A stretch of 47,500 nucleotides of DNA. Origin: a virus. Its lineage: Duplodnaviria > Caudoviricetes. The stretch's first letter is position 1, and every line of letters begins with the position of its first letter. This document shows, piece by piece, positions 25,998 through 34,362 of this stretch. The DNA lies in the IMG/VR virus record IMGVR_UViG_3300031670_000381, positions 1-47,500 of that record; one strand, written 5' to 3'. The position numbers and the translations under genes are program-made. A model generated the notes under the pieces. The model was not told where the DNA came from. It saw only the letters and a program-made list of their open reading frames with translations, and ran no database searches.

Positions 25998-27844
25998 CGC
26001 CGCTGCTTTATGCCCCGGATGGGCGGCCGGTGGACCTCGGCCTGTTGCACGAGGAGCAGGCCGCGCCGACGATGGCTGGTATTCGGAATATTTATTCCGT
26101 CACGCATCCCTCGGTCGGGCTTACTCCCCAGCGGCTGGTCTCGATTCTGCGCGACGCCGAAATTGGCGATCCGTATTTCTATCTCGCGCTCGCGGAAGAG
26201 ATGGAGGAAAAGGATCTCCACTACAACGCGGTGCTCGGCGTCCGGAAGCATGCGGTCGCGCACATGGAAATTTCGGTGCAGGCCGCGTCCAGCAATCCGG
26301 AGGACATTTACGACGCCGACCTGGTTCGGGACATCCTGCTCGAAGGCGACCTCGATTTTGAAACCTCGCTGTTCGATATTCTCGATGCGGTCGGCAAGGG
26401 ATTTTCCGCTACCGAGATTATCTGGGACCGGGACGAAGTTCCGTGGCGGCCGCAGCGGCTCGAGTGGCGCGACCCGCGATGGTTCATGTTTGACTGGATC
26501 TCGGGACAGCAGGTGCTGGTGCGCACGCTGCGCACGGGCGGCCAGACAGTAAACAATCCTCCAGCGACCGGCGCGGCGCATCTCGCGCCGATGAATATCC
26601 GCAGCGGCACCGGCGCGCAAATAGGAATCCAGCCGGCAACGGAGCCATTGCATCCGTTCAAGTTCATCACACATATCGCAAAGGCAAAGTCGGGCCTGCC
26701 GATTCGGGGGGGAATCGCGCGGCTGGCCGGATGGGCCTATCTGTTCAAGAACTACATCCTGAAGGATTGGGTCACGTTCGCGGAGACTTTCGGGCAGCCG
26801 CTCAGAGTAGGCAAGTACGGCACCGGTGCGTCCGAGGCCGATAAGCAAAAATTGCTGCAGGCGGTGTCAGCAATCGGAACGGATGCGGCGGCGATCGTTC
26901 CCGCAACGATGCTGATTGAGTTCGTCGAATCGAATCTGCGCGCCAGTCCGGAGCTGTACGAAGGCTTCTGCGATTATATCGACAACCAGGTCAGCAAGGG
27001 CGTCCTGGGTCAGACGCTGACGACACAGCTTCCGCGAGGCGGCGGATCCAAGGCCGCGGCGTCGGTGCATAACGATGTGCGCAAGGATATTGCGCTGGCC
27101 GATGCGAAACAGCTCGGCGCGTGTCTTTCGCGCGATCTGGTGCGGCCGATCGTCAAGTTAAACCGGGGAGAGCGAAAGCGTTACCCGAAAATCGCAATTG
27201 GATATCCCGACGAAGAAGACCTCGAGGCGTTCAGCAAATCGATCGCGCCGCTGATCGATCGAGGATTGCCGGTATCGCAGAAAGGAATGCTCGGAAAGTT
27301 TGGACTTTCGGAGCCCGCGCATGGCGAGCCGATACTGCATCCGGTGGCGAAGGAGACCGGCCAATTGGCGGGCGCCGAACCAGCGCCGAAAGCACCCGAC
27401 GAATCGCCCCAGGATTCGAACCTTGCGGGCCTTTTTACCGACGTGGACGGCGAGCAGCCCCGAAATGGGCATGTCGAGGTCGCCAGCACGAGGCGCCGTT
27501 CCGCGCCATCCTCTACAGAAGGCGTACGAACGACGTTGGACAGGGGTCAGGACGGTCTCGCGCGCTCGGCGCCCTTAAAAGGCGGCGGCGATGGAGACGC
27601 GATCGACCGGTTCGTCGAAAAATTGCGCAATCAGTCCGACGAAGCGATGGCGCCGATCATCCGGCCACTGATGGCCGAAATTCGCAAAGCCAAAAACTTC
27701 ACCGATGCGAAGCACCGCGTAGTCGCCGCAGTCCAGCGCATGAACCCGGATAAATTCGTCGAGATGATCGCGCAGGCCGCGATGCAAATGAACCTCGCCG
27801 GCAACGCAGGTCTGAAGCTCGGCAAGCGTCGGCGCCGGAAGTAA
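25994..27844 (+). CDS. portal protein, Mu gp29-like (DUF935)
   Basis: LAEEMEEKDLHY, DAVGKGFS, W..FAETFGQPLRVGKY, SKGVLGQTLT, VHNDVR. Confidence 0.95.
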   Translation: MTPLLYAPDGRPVDLGLLHEEQAAPTMAGIRNIYSVTHPSVGLTPQRLVSILRDAEIGDPYFYLALAEEMEEKDLHYNAVLGVRKHAVAHMEISVQAASSNPEDIYDADLVRDILLEGDLDFETSLFDILDAVGKGFSATEIIWDRDEVPWRPQRLEWRDPRWFMFDWISGQQVLVRTLRTGGQTVNNPPATGAAHLAPMNIRSGTGAQIGIQPATEPLHPFKFITHIAKAKSGLPIRGGIARLAGWAYLFKNYILKDWVTFAETFGQPLRVGKYGTGASEADKQKLLQAVSAIGTDAAAIVPATMLIEFVESNLRASPELYEGFCDYIDNQVSKGVLGQTLTTQLPRGGGSKAAASVHNDVRKDIALADAKQLGACLSRDLVRPIVKLNRGERKRYPKIAIGYPDEEDLEAFSKSIAPLIDRGLPVSQKGMLGKFGLSEPAHGEPILHPVAKETGQLAGAEPAPKAPDESPQDSNLAGLFTDVDGEQPRNGHVEVASTRRRSAPSSTEGVRTTLDRGQDGLARSAPLKGGGDGDAIDRFVEKLRNQSDEAMAPIIRPLMAEIRKAKNFTDAKHRVVAAVQRMNPDKFVEMIAQAAMQMNLAGNAGLKLGKRRRRK

Positions 27845-27848
27845 GAGA

Positions 27849-28091
27849 ATGGCGGCGGCATTGCCGAGAGAGGACAGGCGCAGGCGCGGTCATCCGGTGT
27901 TGGCGCCATCGCGTCGCACCTTCAGGTGTCTTTTGTGCAAGGCCCCCGTGCCGATGAAAACCGCCTTCGAGACCGGAGGCGCATGCATACGCTGCGTCAC
28001 CACGAATCTCGGCTGGCACGAGGTCTATGACCGCGACCGTCGCTTCGGCGCGATTCCGGAAAATCTCAAAAGAGCATACGGACTCAGATAA
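27849..28091 (+). CDS. small zinc-ribbon protein
   Basis: CLLC...CIRC; fills the portal-gpF gap exactly. Confidence 0.6.
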   Translation: MAAALPREDRRRRGHPVLAPSRRTFRCLLCKAPVPMKTAFETGGACIRCVTTNLGWHEVYDRDRRFGAIPENLKRAYGLR

Positions 28092-29483
28092 ATGGACGGC
28101 GACGCGTCCGATTTCGATTTCGCTTCCGTTGCGCCCGAAGACGCGGTCGCGTACTTCCGCAACAAGGGCTACAAAATCGGGTTTGACTGGCGCGACGTCT
28201 GGCAGGAAGAGCACGCGCGCGGCTTCACCGTCGCGAAAGCGATGACGATCGATTTGCTCGAGGACATCCGTGCGGTCGTCGATGAGGCTATCGCGGATGG
28301 GATAGCCTTTGAGGATTTCCAGGCCAAGCTCGAACCGATTCTGCGCGCTCGCGGATGGTGGGGACGGCAGATGATGACCGACCCGCTCACCGGGAAGAAG
28401 CGCGAGGTGCAGCTCGGCTCCGCGCGCCGCCTGCAGATCATCTATGACACGAATCTCCGGATGTCATATTCGGCCGGCTCGTGGGCGCAAGTGCAGCGCA
28501 CGAAGAAAGACCTGCCGTACCTGCGTTACGACGATCCTGACCCGCATCCGCGCCCGCAACATCTCGATTGGTCGGGCACGATACTGCCGGCCGACGATCC
28601 CTGGTGGGACACTCACTATCCGCCCAACGGCTGGAACTGCAAATGCCTGGTGGATTCGCTCTCGGCCAAGGATATCGACCGGCAGGGCTATCATCTTAAT
28701 GCGACTGCCCCGCCTTCCGGCACTTACGAGTACACAAATCCGCGCACCGGCGAGACCAGCCAGGTCCCTGATGGCATCAGCCCGGGCTTCGCGTACAACC
28801 CCGGCAAAGCGGGGCTGGCGGCCACAGCGGAGCAGATGCTCGCGGAGAAGATGGCGACGGCGGATCCAGATATCGCCCGCGCCGTCGCCGCGATCCCGGC
28901 GCCGCCCACGCCCGAAACGACCGATCCGATTGAAGATGCCGCATCGGTCGCATGGAAGGGCGCGAGCAGCGCGCAGAAGAAACTCCGCGCGCGGATGATG
29001 AAGCGCGACGGTGCGTCCGAGATTCTGAAGCGCTGGACGCCCGATCAGTTGACGGCGGCGTACCGATATTCCGTGGCGCCGTCCGGCTTCAATTTCCACC
29101 TTCGCGCTGGCGATCCTCTCACGCCGCAGGATTTCGACCTGGTGCGCGCGCTGAATGCTCTGCCGAAGGTGCGCGGGACCGTGTGGCGAGGCGAGAAATG
29201 GCGTCTCAGGCCGGAGGGGATCGCAAAATACCGGAAAGGTGCGGACCTGCTCGACGAAGGATTTTGGAGCTCGAGCATCTATCGCGGCCAGGCAAAGAAA
29301 TTTGCTGGCGATGAGGGCGTGATTTTCCGGATCGAGAGCAAGACCGGCCATTTCATCGGTCCGATTTCGGGGTATGCGCGAGAACGCGAGGTGCTGTTTG
29401 CGCCGCGGACGGCGTTCCGGGTAAAGTCAGCAAAGAGACGTGGCCGAAAGCTATATGTCGTCCTTGAAGAAATTGAAAAGTAG
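28092..29483 (+). CDS. MuF (gpF) minor head protein with C-terminal ADP-ribosyltransferase domain
   Basis: MuF: FTVAKAM, GWWG, RLQIIYDTN, PPNGWNCKC; ART: VWRG, FWSSS, EREVL. Confidence 0.92.
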   Translation: MDGDASDFDFASVAPEDAVAYFRNKGYKIGFDWRDVWQEEHARGFTVAKAMTIDLLEDIRAVVDEAIADGIAFEDFQAKLEPILRARGWWGRQMMTDPLTGKKREVQLGSARRLQIIYDTNLRMSYSAGSWAQVQRTKKDLPYLRYDDPDPHPRPQHLDWSGTILPADDPWWDTHYPPNGWNCKCLVDSLSAKDIDRQGYHLNATAPPSGTYEYTNPRTGETSQVPDGISPGFAYNPGKAGLAATAEQMLAEKMATADPDIARAVAAIPAPPTPETTDPIEDAASVAWKGASSAQKKLRARMMKRDGASEILKRWTPDQLTAAYRYSVAPSGFNFHLRAGDPLTPQDFDLVRALNALPKVRGTVWRGEKWRLRPEGIAKYRKGADLLDEGFWSSSIYRGQAKKFAGDEGVIFRIESKTGHFIGPISGYAREREVLFAPRTAFRVKSAKRRGRKLYVVLEEIEK

Positions 29484-29643
29484 CCGCGCGGCCGATTCCA
29501 AGCCACGGCGCGCCCGGCGCGATCCGAATGACGACGCGCTCAAGCCGGTCGCGGAGTCCGCTCCATTGCACGCCAAGGACGCGAGGGCGCTTCGCGCTCT
29601 CGGCATCTTTATTCATCCCGACATAAAGATCATTCCTGATTAA
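29455..29643 (+). CDS. small hypothetical protein downstream of MuF-ART (immunity candidate)
   Basis: overlaps the 3' end of the toxin gene; start uncertain. Confidence 0.45.
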   Translation: MSSLKKLKSSRAADSKPRRARRDPNDDALKPVAESAPLHAKDARALRALGIFIHPDIKIIPD

Positions 29644-29693
29644 GTGGCACAGGCTTTAGCCTGCGACCCCGCACCGGCTGAAGCCGGTGCCAC
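29644..29693. repeat. REP doublet (REPIN-like) copy 2
   Basis: GTGGCACAGGCTTTAGCCTGCG...CACCGGCTGAAGCCGGTGCCAC, immediately after a TAA. Confidence 0.75.
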
Positions 29694-29699
29694 CCGGCA

Positions 29700-29747
29700 G
29701 GGCGAATTAGTTCGCCCGTTTACGATTGCGCGCGCGCTGAACAGAAT
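29700..29747 (+). promoter_or_regulatory. putative late promoter of the head operon
   Basis: GGGCGAATTAGTTCGCCC at 29700-29717; CAGAAT begins 25 nt later, same spacing as the 20565 copy. Confidence 0.7.
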
Positions 29748-29815
29748 CGGCGGCGATGCGCCTCTTGTTTCGCAAACATTTCACACCTACGGAGAAACGC
29801 CATGAAGTAGCGGCG

Positions 29816-31357
29816 ATGGCTGATCTTTCGGCTAAGGAACGCAAAAATCTTCCCGCCGAGGATTTCGCCTACGTCGATTCCAAAGGCGGGAAGCATCTTC
29901 CGCTCGTCGACGCGGAGCATGTCCGCGGCGACGCGGCGCGCTTTGATCAGACCGAGTTCGAGTCCGAGACTGCCAAACGCGCCGCGTGGAATAAAATCGT
30001 CGCGGCCGCAAAGAAGTTTGGCGTAGAGCTTTCCGAGACGCTGGGCGCCGACGGCAAGCTTCATCCGAAATCTGAAAATGCGGCGATGCTCTCGACGCAC
30101 GCCGTCGCGATAGAAGCCTTGGAAAACGCCACTCCTCCGGAGTGGGTAGAGCTGCTTCCCGCCGGCAGGTTCATCGGCAAAGACGGACGCGGGCCTTTTT
30201 TCAACGAGGCTCCGCAGCAAGTCATCGCCGCGACGCTCGCAATGGGGATGGACGCCGGGCTGCCGATCGACCTCGATCATGCGACCGACTTCGCCGCACC
30301 TGAGGGACGTCCCGCACCGGCCGTCGGCTGGATACGCGAGTTCCAGGTGCGCAGCGGCGCAATCTGGGGACGGGTCGAGTGGAACGCTGACGGCTCCAAG
30401 GCTATCCAGTCGAGGCAATATCGGTACATCTCGCCGGTATTCCAGTTCGTGGGCGGCCCGAATGAGGACAAAAAAGCGCAGGCCGGCATCATCACGCGCA
30501 TCCTGCGCGCCTCGTTGACCAACAATCCGAACCTTAATCTAACCGCGGTCGCGGCCGCGAAGATTGGCCTTTCTCATTCAGCAGCTTCAGAGGAGCCAGA
30601 TATGGCGGACGACACCGGCAATAAAAAACTCTCGCAAGTGGTTGCGTCACTCGAAAAGATTTTTCCCGATCTCCCTCCCGCCAAGCTGATGGAGCTAGCG
30701 GCCCAGGCGATGGACTTTGCGACCGACGGCGACGAGGACGACGACGCGGACGGCGGCACTGACGGTGCCTCGGCCGACGCCGCTGGCGACGCGGATGGGG
30801 ATGCGGACGGCAACGCGAGCGAATCGCCCGAGGAAATGTCTGCGCGCCAGGCGAGCGAGCTGGACGCCGCGCCCACGCCGGTCGCGCGCGCGGAGATGGC
30901 GAAGAAGCATGCCAAGGAGAAAGAGGCGATGAGCAAACGGACCGCGTCAGCCGCACACGCGCAGCAGCCGGCGCCGATCGACGCGTCGAAGTTCGTGGCG
31001 GTCGCCGACTATCAGAAGGTCGTCACCGAGTTCAATTCGATGAAGGCGGAGCGCAGGCGCGAGAAGGCCGAGACGGCAGTGATGGCGGCGATGCGCGAAG
31101 GCCGCATCATCGCCGCGCAGAAAGATTGGGCACTCGCATACTGCGCGGCGGATCCTGCCGGGTTCGCCACGTTTGCCGCGAAACAGCCGAAGATGCTGCA
31201 GGACGAGGGCGGCACTTTCCGTAGCCTTCCCGAATCTGGCGCCGGCGCGTCTCTGAATCGGGCCGAGACCGCGGTTTGCGCGGCGCTCGGTCTCACCGCC
31301 GAAGAGTTCACCAAGTCCAAGGCGGCGCGCACGAGCACCTCGGCGACGGTCGCCTGA
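29816..31357 (+). CDS. Mu gpI-like prohead protease/scaffold with extra N-terminal domain (DUF6582-like)
   Basis: PEWVELLPAG...DGRGP...IDLDHAT...APAVGW...VEW...YRYISPVF...LTNNPNL; frame open from 29756. Confidence 0.9.
   Translation: MADLSAKERKNLPAEDFAYVDSKGGKHLPLVDAEHVRGDAARFDQTEFESETAKRAAWNKIVAAAKKFGVELSETLGADGKLHPKSENAAMLSTHAVAIEALENATPPEWVELLPAGRFIGKDGRGPFFNEAPQQVIAATLAMGMDAGLPIDLDHATDFAAPEGRPAPAVGWIREFQVRSGAIWGRVEWNADGSKAIQSRQYRYISPVFQFVGGPNEDKKAQAGIITRILRASLTNNPNLNLTAVAAAKIGLSHSAASEEPDMADDTGNKKLSQVVASLEKIFPDLPPAKLMELAAQAMDFATDGDEDDDADGGTDGASADAAGDADGDADGNASESPEEMSARQASELDAAPTPVARAEMAKKHAKEKEAMSKRTASAAHAQQPAPIDASKFVAVADYQKVVTEFNSMKAERRREKAETAVMAAMREGRIIAAQKDWALAYCAADPAGFATFAAKQPKMLQDEGGTFRSLPESGAGASLNRAETAVCAALGLTAEEFTKSKAARTSTSATVA
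30602..31357 (+). CDS. nested scaffold protein (gpZ-like) from an internal start
   Basis: GAGGAG RBS before in-frame ATG 30602, just after the protease domain, as in Mu I/Z. Confidence 0.65.
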   Translation: MADDTGNKKLSQVVASLEKIFPDLPPAKLMELAAQAMDFATDGDEDDDADGGTDGASADAAGDADGDADGNASESPEEMSARQASELDAAPTPVARAEMAKKHAKEKEAMSKRTASAAHAQQPAPIDASKFVAVADYQKVVTEFNSMKAERRREKAETAVMAAMREGRIIAAQKDWALAYCAADPAGFATFAAKQPKMLQDEGGTFRSLPESGAGASLNRAETAVCAALGLTAEEFTKSKAARTSTSATVA

Positions 31358-31389
31358 GCAAAAACTTTTAACCGCAATGAGGAACTGAC

Positions 31390-31884
31390 ATGGCTGGACT
31401 AGCGAATGGGCGAAACACTCCGGAGTTGGCGGACGGCGGCCGGATGAGAGTTCTGCCAGTCGAGGCCAACACGAATGTGTACCTCGGCGGCATTGTGGCG
31501 CTCGATGCCGCTGGCAACGCGGTGCCCGCCGCGGCTTCTGTGAGCCCGACCGTCGTTGCGCTCCGGATAATCGGACGCGCTGAGATGGTGCTCAACGGAA
31601 TCCCCGGCGAGAACGCACTCAACAATCCGGGAGCCGCCGGCGCGATATCAATAGTCGCGCGAAAAGGCGTCTTTCTGTTCGACAACGCGACCGGACTCGA
31701 CGCGATCGCGGCAGCGAACGTGGGCAGCGAATGCTTTGCGCTCGATGACCACACCGTGTCGATGAACGACCGCGCAAGCGGCGATACCGTGCAGACCCGC
31801 GCAGCGGCGGGCCAGATCGTCGCAATCGACGCCTCCGGCGGGATCTGGGTGGATTTCTGGCATCAGTCCATTTCCGCGACCTGA
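31390..31884 (+). CDS. head decoration/cement-like protein
   Basis: RNTPE...GGIVALDAAG.AVP...RKGVFLFDN...CFALDDHTV...GIWVDF; lies between protease and capsid. Confidence 0.75.
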   Translation: MAGLANGRNTPELADGGRMRVLPVEANTNVYLGGIVALDAAGNAVPAAASVSPTVVALRIIGRAEMVLNGIPGENALNNPGAAGAISIVARKGVFLFDNATGLDAIAAANVGSECFALDDHTVSMNDRASGDTVQTRAAAGQIVAIDASGGIWVDFWHQSISAT

Positions 31885-31928
31885 TGACGTGATGAGGCGC
31901 TGAGGAACGCAACGGAGAAAAGGCAGAT

Positions 31929-32885
31929 ATGGAAATTTCAGCAGCAAATCTCAACGCGATGTTCACCGGCTTCGACGTCGTGTTCCAGCGCGGCTTCGAG
32001 AAGGCGCCTTCCTATTACGAGTTGATCTCGAGCATCATCAGGGCCACCTCGCGGCAGACCACCTATCCGTGGCTCGGTCGCACGACGAAGTTTCGGGAAT
32101 GGCTGGGTGACCGCGTTATCCAGGCGCTCGAAACGCACGCCTATACGGTCATCAACCGGACCTTCGAAGACACGGTCGGAATCTTCCGCGAGGATATCGA
32201 AGACGACACCTACGGCGTCTACGAACCGGTGATCGAGCAGCTCGGATGGGACGCGAAGATCCATCCTGACGAATTGATCTTCGGGCTGATCAAAAACGCG
32301 GTTACCACTCCGGCCAATGTTCTCGCCTACGATGGCGCGGCCTTCTTCGGCAATCACAACATCGGACTGGCAAACCAGGGCGCGCAGATCGTGGCGTCAA
32401 ATTTGAACTCGGCCGGCGGCGGCGCGTACTGGTTCCTGGTCGACGCGGCCCGGCCGATCCGTCCGTTCATCTTCCAGTTGCGGCGCGATTATGCCGTGAG
32501 CCGGATGAACACGATGACCGACGAAGCGGTATTCAATCGCCGCGAGTTCCGCTACGGCGTCGATGCGCGGTGCAACTCGGGCGTCGGCCTCTGGCAGCTC
32601 GCCTATGCGAGCAACCAGGACCTCTCGAACCCTGCGAACTACGCCGCGGCGATCGCTGCTATTCGCGGCTTCAAGACCGACGCGGGCGCCCCTTTCGGAG
32701 CCTGGTCGGGAACACCGAAGTCCAAGTTCCTGGTCGTGCCGCCTTCTCTGGAAGAAACTGCGCGCCAACTCTTGCACAGCGAGTTTGGCGCAATCGCGGG
32801 TGCGGCCGGCGCGGTAGCGGCGGTCCCCGGCACGAATATCTGGCAAAACAGCGCGACGCTTATCGTCAGCGAGTATCTCTCCTGA
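31929..32885 (+). CDS. major capsid protein, Mu gpT-like
   Basis: YPWLG...REWLGDR...NRTFEDTV..REDIEDD.YG...PFIFQ.R...YGVDAR...WQLAY. Confidence 0.95.
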   Translation: MEISAANLNAMFTGFDVVFQRGFEKAPSYYELISSIIRATSRQTTYPWLGRTTKFREWLGDRVIQALETHAYTVINRTFEDTVGIFREDIEDDTYGVYEPVIEQLGWDAKIHPDELIFGLIKNAVTTPANVLAYDGAAFFGNHNIGLANQGAQIVASNLNSAGGGAYWFLVDAARPIRPFIFQLRRDYAVSRMNTMTDEAVFNRREFRYGVDARCNSGVGLWQLAYASNQDLSNPANYAAAIAAIRGFKTDAGAPFGAWSGTPKSKFLVVPPSLEETARQLLHSEFGAIAGAAGAVAAVPGTNIWQNSATLIVSEYLS

Positions 32886-32932
32886 CGCTGAAGTATTGGT
32901 GATGGTGACGGTCTGGGGATGAACTCGCACGA

Positions 32933-32967
32933 AGTGGATGCCAGCGCTCTTCCCGCTGGTATCCACT
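32933..32967 (+). terminator. stem-loop after the capsid gene (terminator or mRNA stabiliser)
   Basis: AGTGGATGCCAGCG-ctcttcc-CGCTGGTATCCACT, 14-bp stem with one G-U pair; weak U tract. Confidence 0.5.
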
Positions 32968-33005
32968 GTTTCAACTGAACGGCAACTGGACGGAACGACA
33001 ACAAG

Positions 33006-33470
33006 ATGAGCTACGCAGTTCCCCAGGACGTCATCAATGAGTTTCCGAACCGTGATCTGGTTCAGCTCACCAACGAGGATCCGACCGCTCAGACCGTAAA
33101 CACGGCATTCATTCAGACCGCGCTCAATGACGCGTCGAGCATGATCGATTCCTATCTTGAAGCGCGCTTCGCGCTGCCTCTTCCGACAGCCACGATTCCC
33201 GGACTGCTCAAGGCGATGTGCATCGATATCGCAATGTACAGGATGCAGGCGCTCCGGCCGCTGCATGACCTTGATGATGCGCGCAAGCGCTACGAAGACG
33301 CGCTCAAGGCGCTGGAAAAAATCAACCAGGGCAAACTCACTCTCGGCCTCGCGACCGATAACTCAGAGCCCGCGCCAGACGCTGACGAAGTGGTTGTGCT
33401 TGCCGGCGGCGATCCCAGTGGCCGGCTGCCGAGCCGCATTTTCAACCGCGGCAATCTGAGGGGCTTCTGA
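33006..33470 (+). CDS. Mu gp36-like head-tail adaptor (DUF1320)
   Basis: MSYA...LVQLT...ALNDASSMIDSYL..RF.LPL...DIAMYR...RYEDA. Confidence 0.9.
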   Translation: MSYAVPQDVINEFPNRDLVQLTNEDPTAQTVNTAFIQTALNDASSMIDSYLEARFALPLPTATIPGLLKAMCIDIAMYRMQALRPLHDLDDARKRYEDALKALEKINQGKLTLGLATDNSEPAPDADEVVVLAGGDPSGRLPSRIFNRGNLRGF

Positions 33471-34015
33471 TGGGCGCGGGTTTGAACCTGGAAATCAAGC
33501 TGGACGACGCGAAGGTGGTCGAGCAGCTCGGCAAGATCGCGACGCGCACGCTCACACTCAAGCCGGTACTCGAGTCGATCGGCAAATCATTCGTCGCGAG
33601 CACTCGCCGGCGGTTCGAACAGCAGCGCGGCCCGGATGGCCAGCCGTGGAAGCCGCTTCGCCCGGCGACGATCGCAAAGCGCGACAAACGGGCGTTCCGC
33701 GGCCGCGCCGGCAAACTGAGTTTCGGATTGAACTATCTTGCCAGCGGTGGTGCGTACGGCACAAAAGCACTGATCGACCGCGCGCGCCTGCTCGGATCGA
33801 TTACCTACAAGGCTACTTCGACTGAGTTGGCGGTCGGAACGAATCGCAAGTTTCCCGGCGGCGAGTTTTCCGCCGCCGCGATCCATCAGCTTGGCGGCAC
33901 CTCCGGGATGGCGCCCGGGCCGGCAGCCATTCCGGCGCGGCCCTTTCTCGGCGCCGATCGCAACGATATGGAACGCGCGGGCGAAATCATCGTCGCGCAC
34001 TATTCAAACTTATGA
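33470..34015 (+). CDS. virion morphogenesis protein (Mu gpG / tail completion S-like)
   Basis: STRRRFEQQRGPDGQPWKPL...VGTN...AAIHQLGG...IPARPFLG. Confidence 0.9.
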   Translation: MGAGLNLEIKLDDAKVVEQLGKIATRTLTLKPVLESIGKSFVASTRRRFEQQRGPDGQPWKPLRPATIAKRDKRAFRGRAGKLSFGLNYLASGGAYGTKALIDRARLLGSITYKATSTELAVGTNRKFPGGEFSAAAIHQLGGTSGMAPGPAAIPARPFLGADRNDMERAGEIIVAHYSNL

Positions 34016-34037
34016 TGCGCGTGGCCGGGAGGACGGG

Positions 34038-34358
34038 ATGCGGGGTGTACGTTGCGGGGAATGCGGACATGCGATGTTTCGCAAGAAGCACGCGCGCAAG
34101 GATCGGAAATTCTGCTCAGCGCCATGCCGCGCGCGGGCCTGGCGAAAGGAACGCGTCTTGAGCGCGCCTGAAGCAATGCGGCGCTCCCGCGCGAAAGCCG
34201 CAGTGCGGAAGCCGCGGCTCGGCACGAAGGCGAATCCGGTGCATGTCCGTCAGTGCCCGGAATGCCGCCTGTTCTGGGCGGCCGACGGACCGGCGCGCCG
34301 GCGCAGCGATCTCTTCTGCGCCAAGCATCGCGCCGAGACCCGGAGGCTCGCGGCATAA
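34038..34358 (+). CDS. basic double zinc-finger protein
   Basis: CGECG...KFCSAPCR and CPEC...LFCAKH; GGAGG RBS. Confidence 0.6.
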   Translation: MRGVRCGECGHAMFRKKHARKDRKFCSAPCRARAWRKERVLSAPEAMRRSRAKAAVRKPRLGTKANPVHVRQCPECRLFWAADGPARRRSDLFCAKHRAETRRLAA

Positions 34359-34362
34359 GGCA

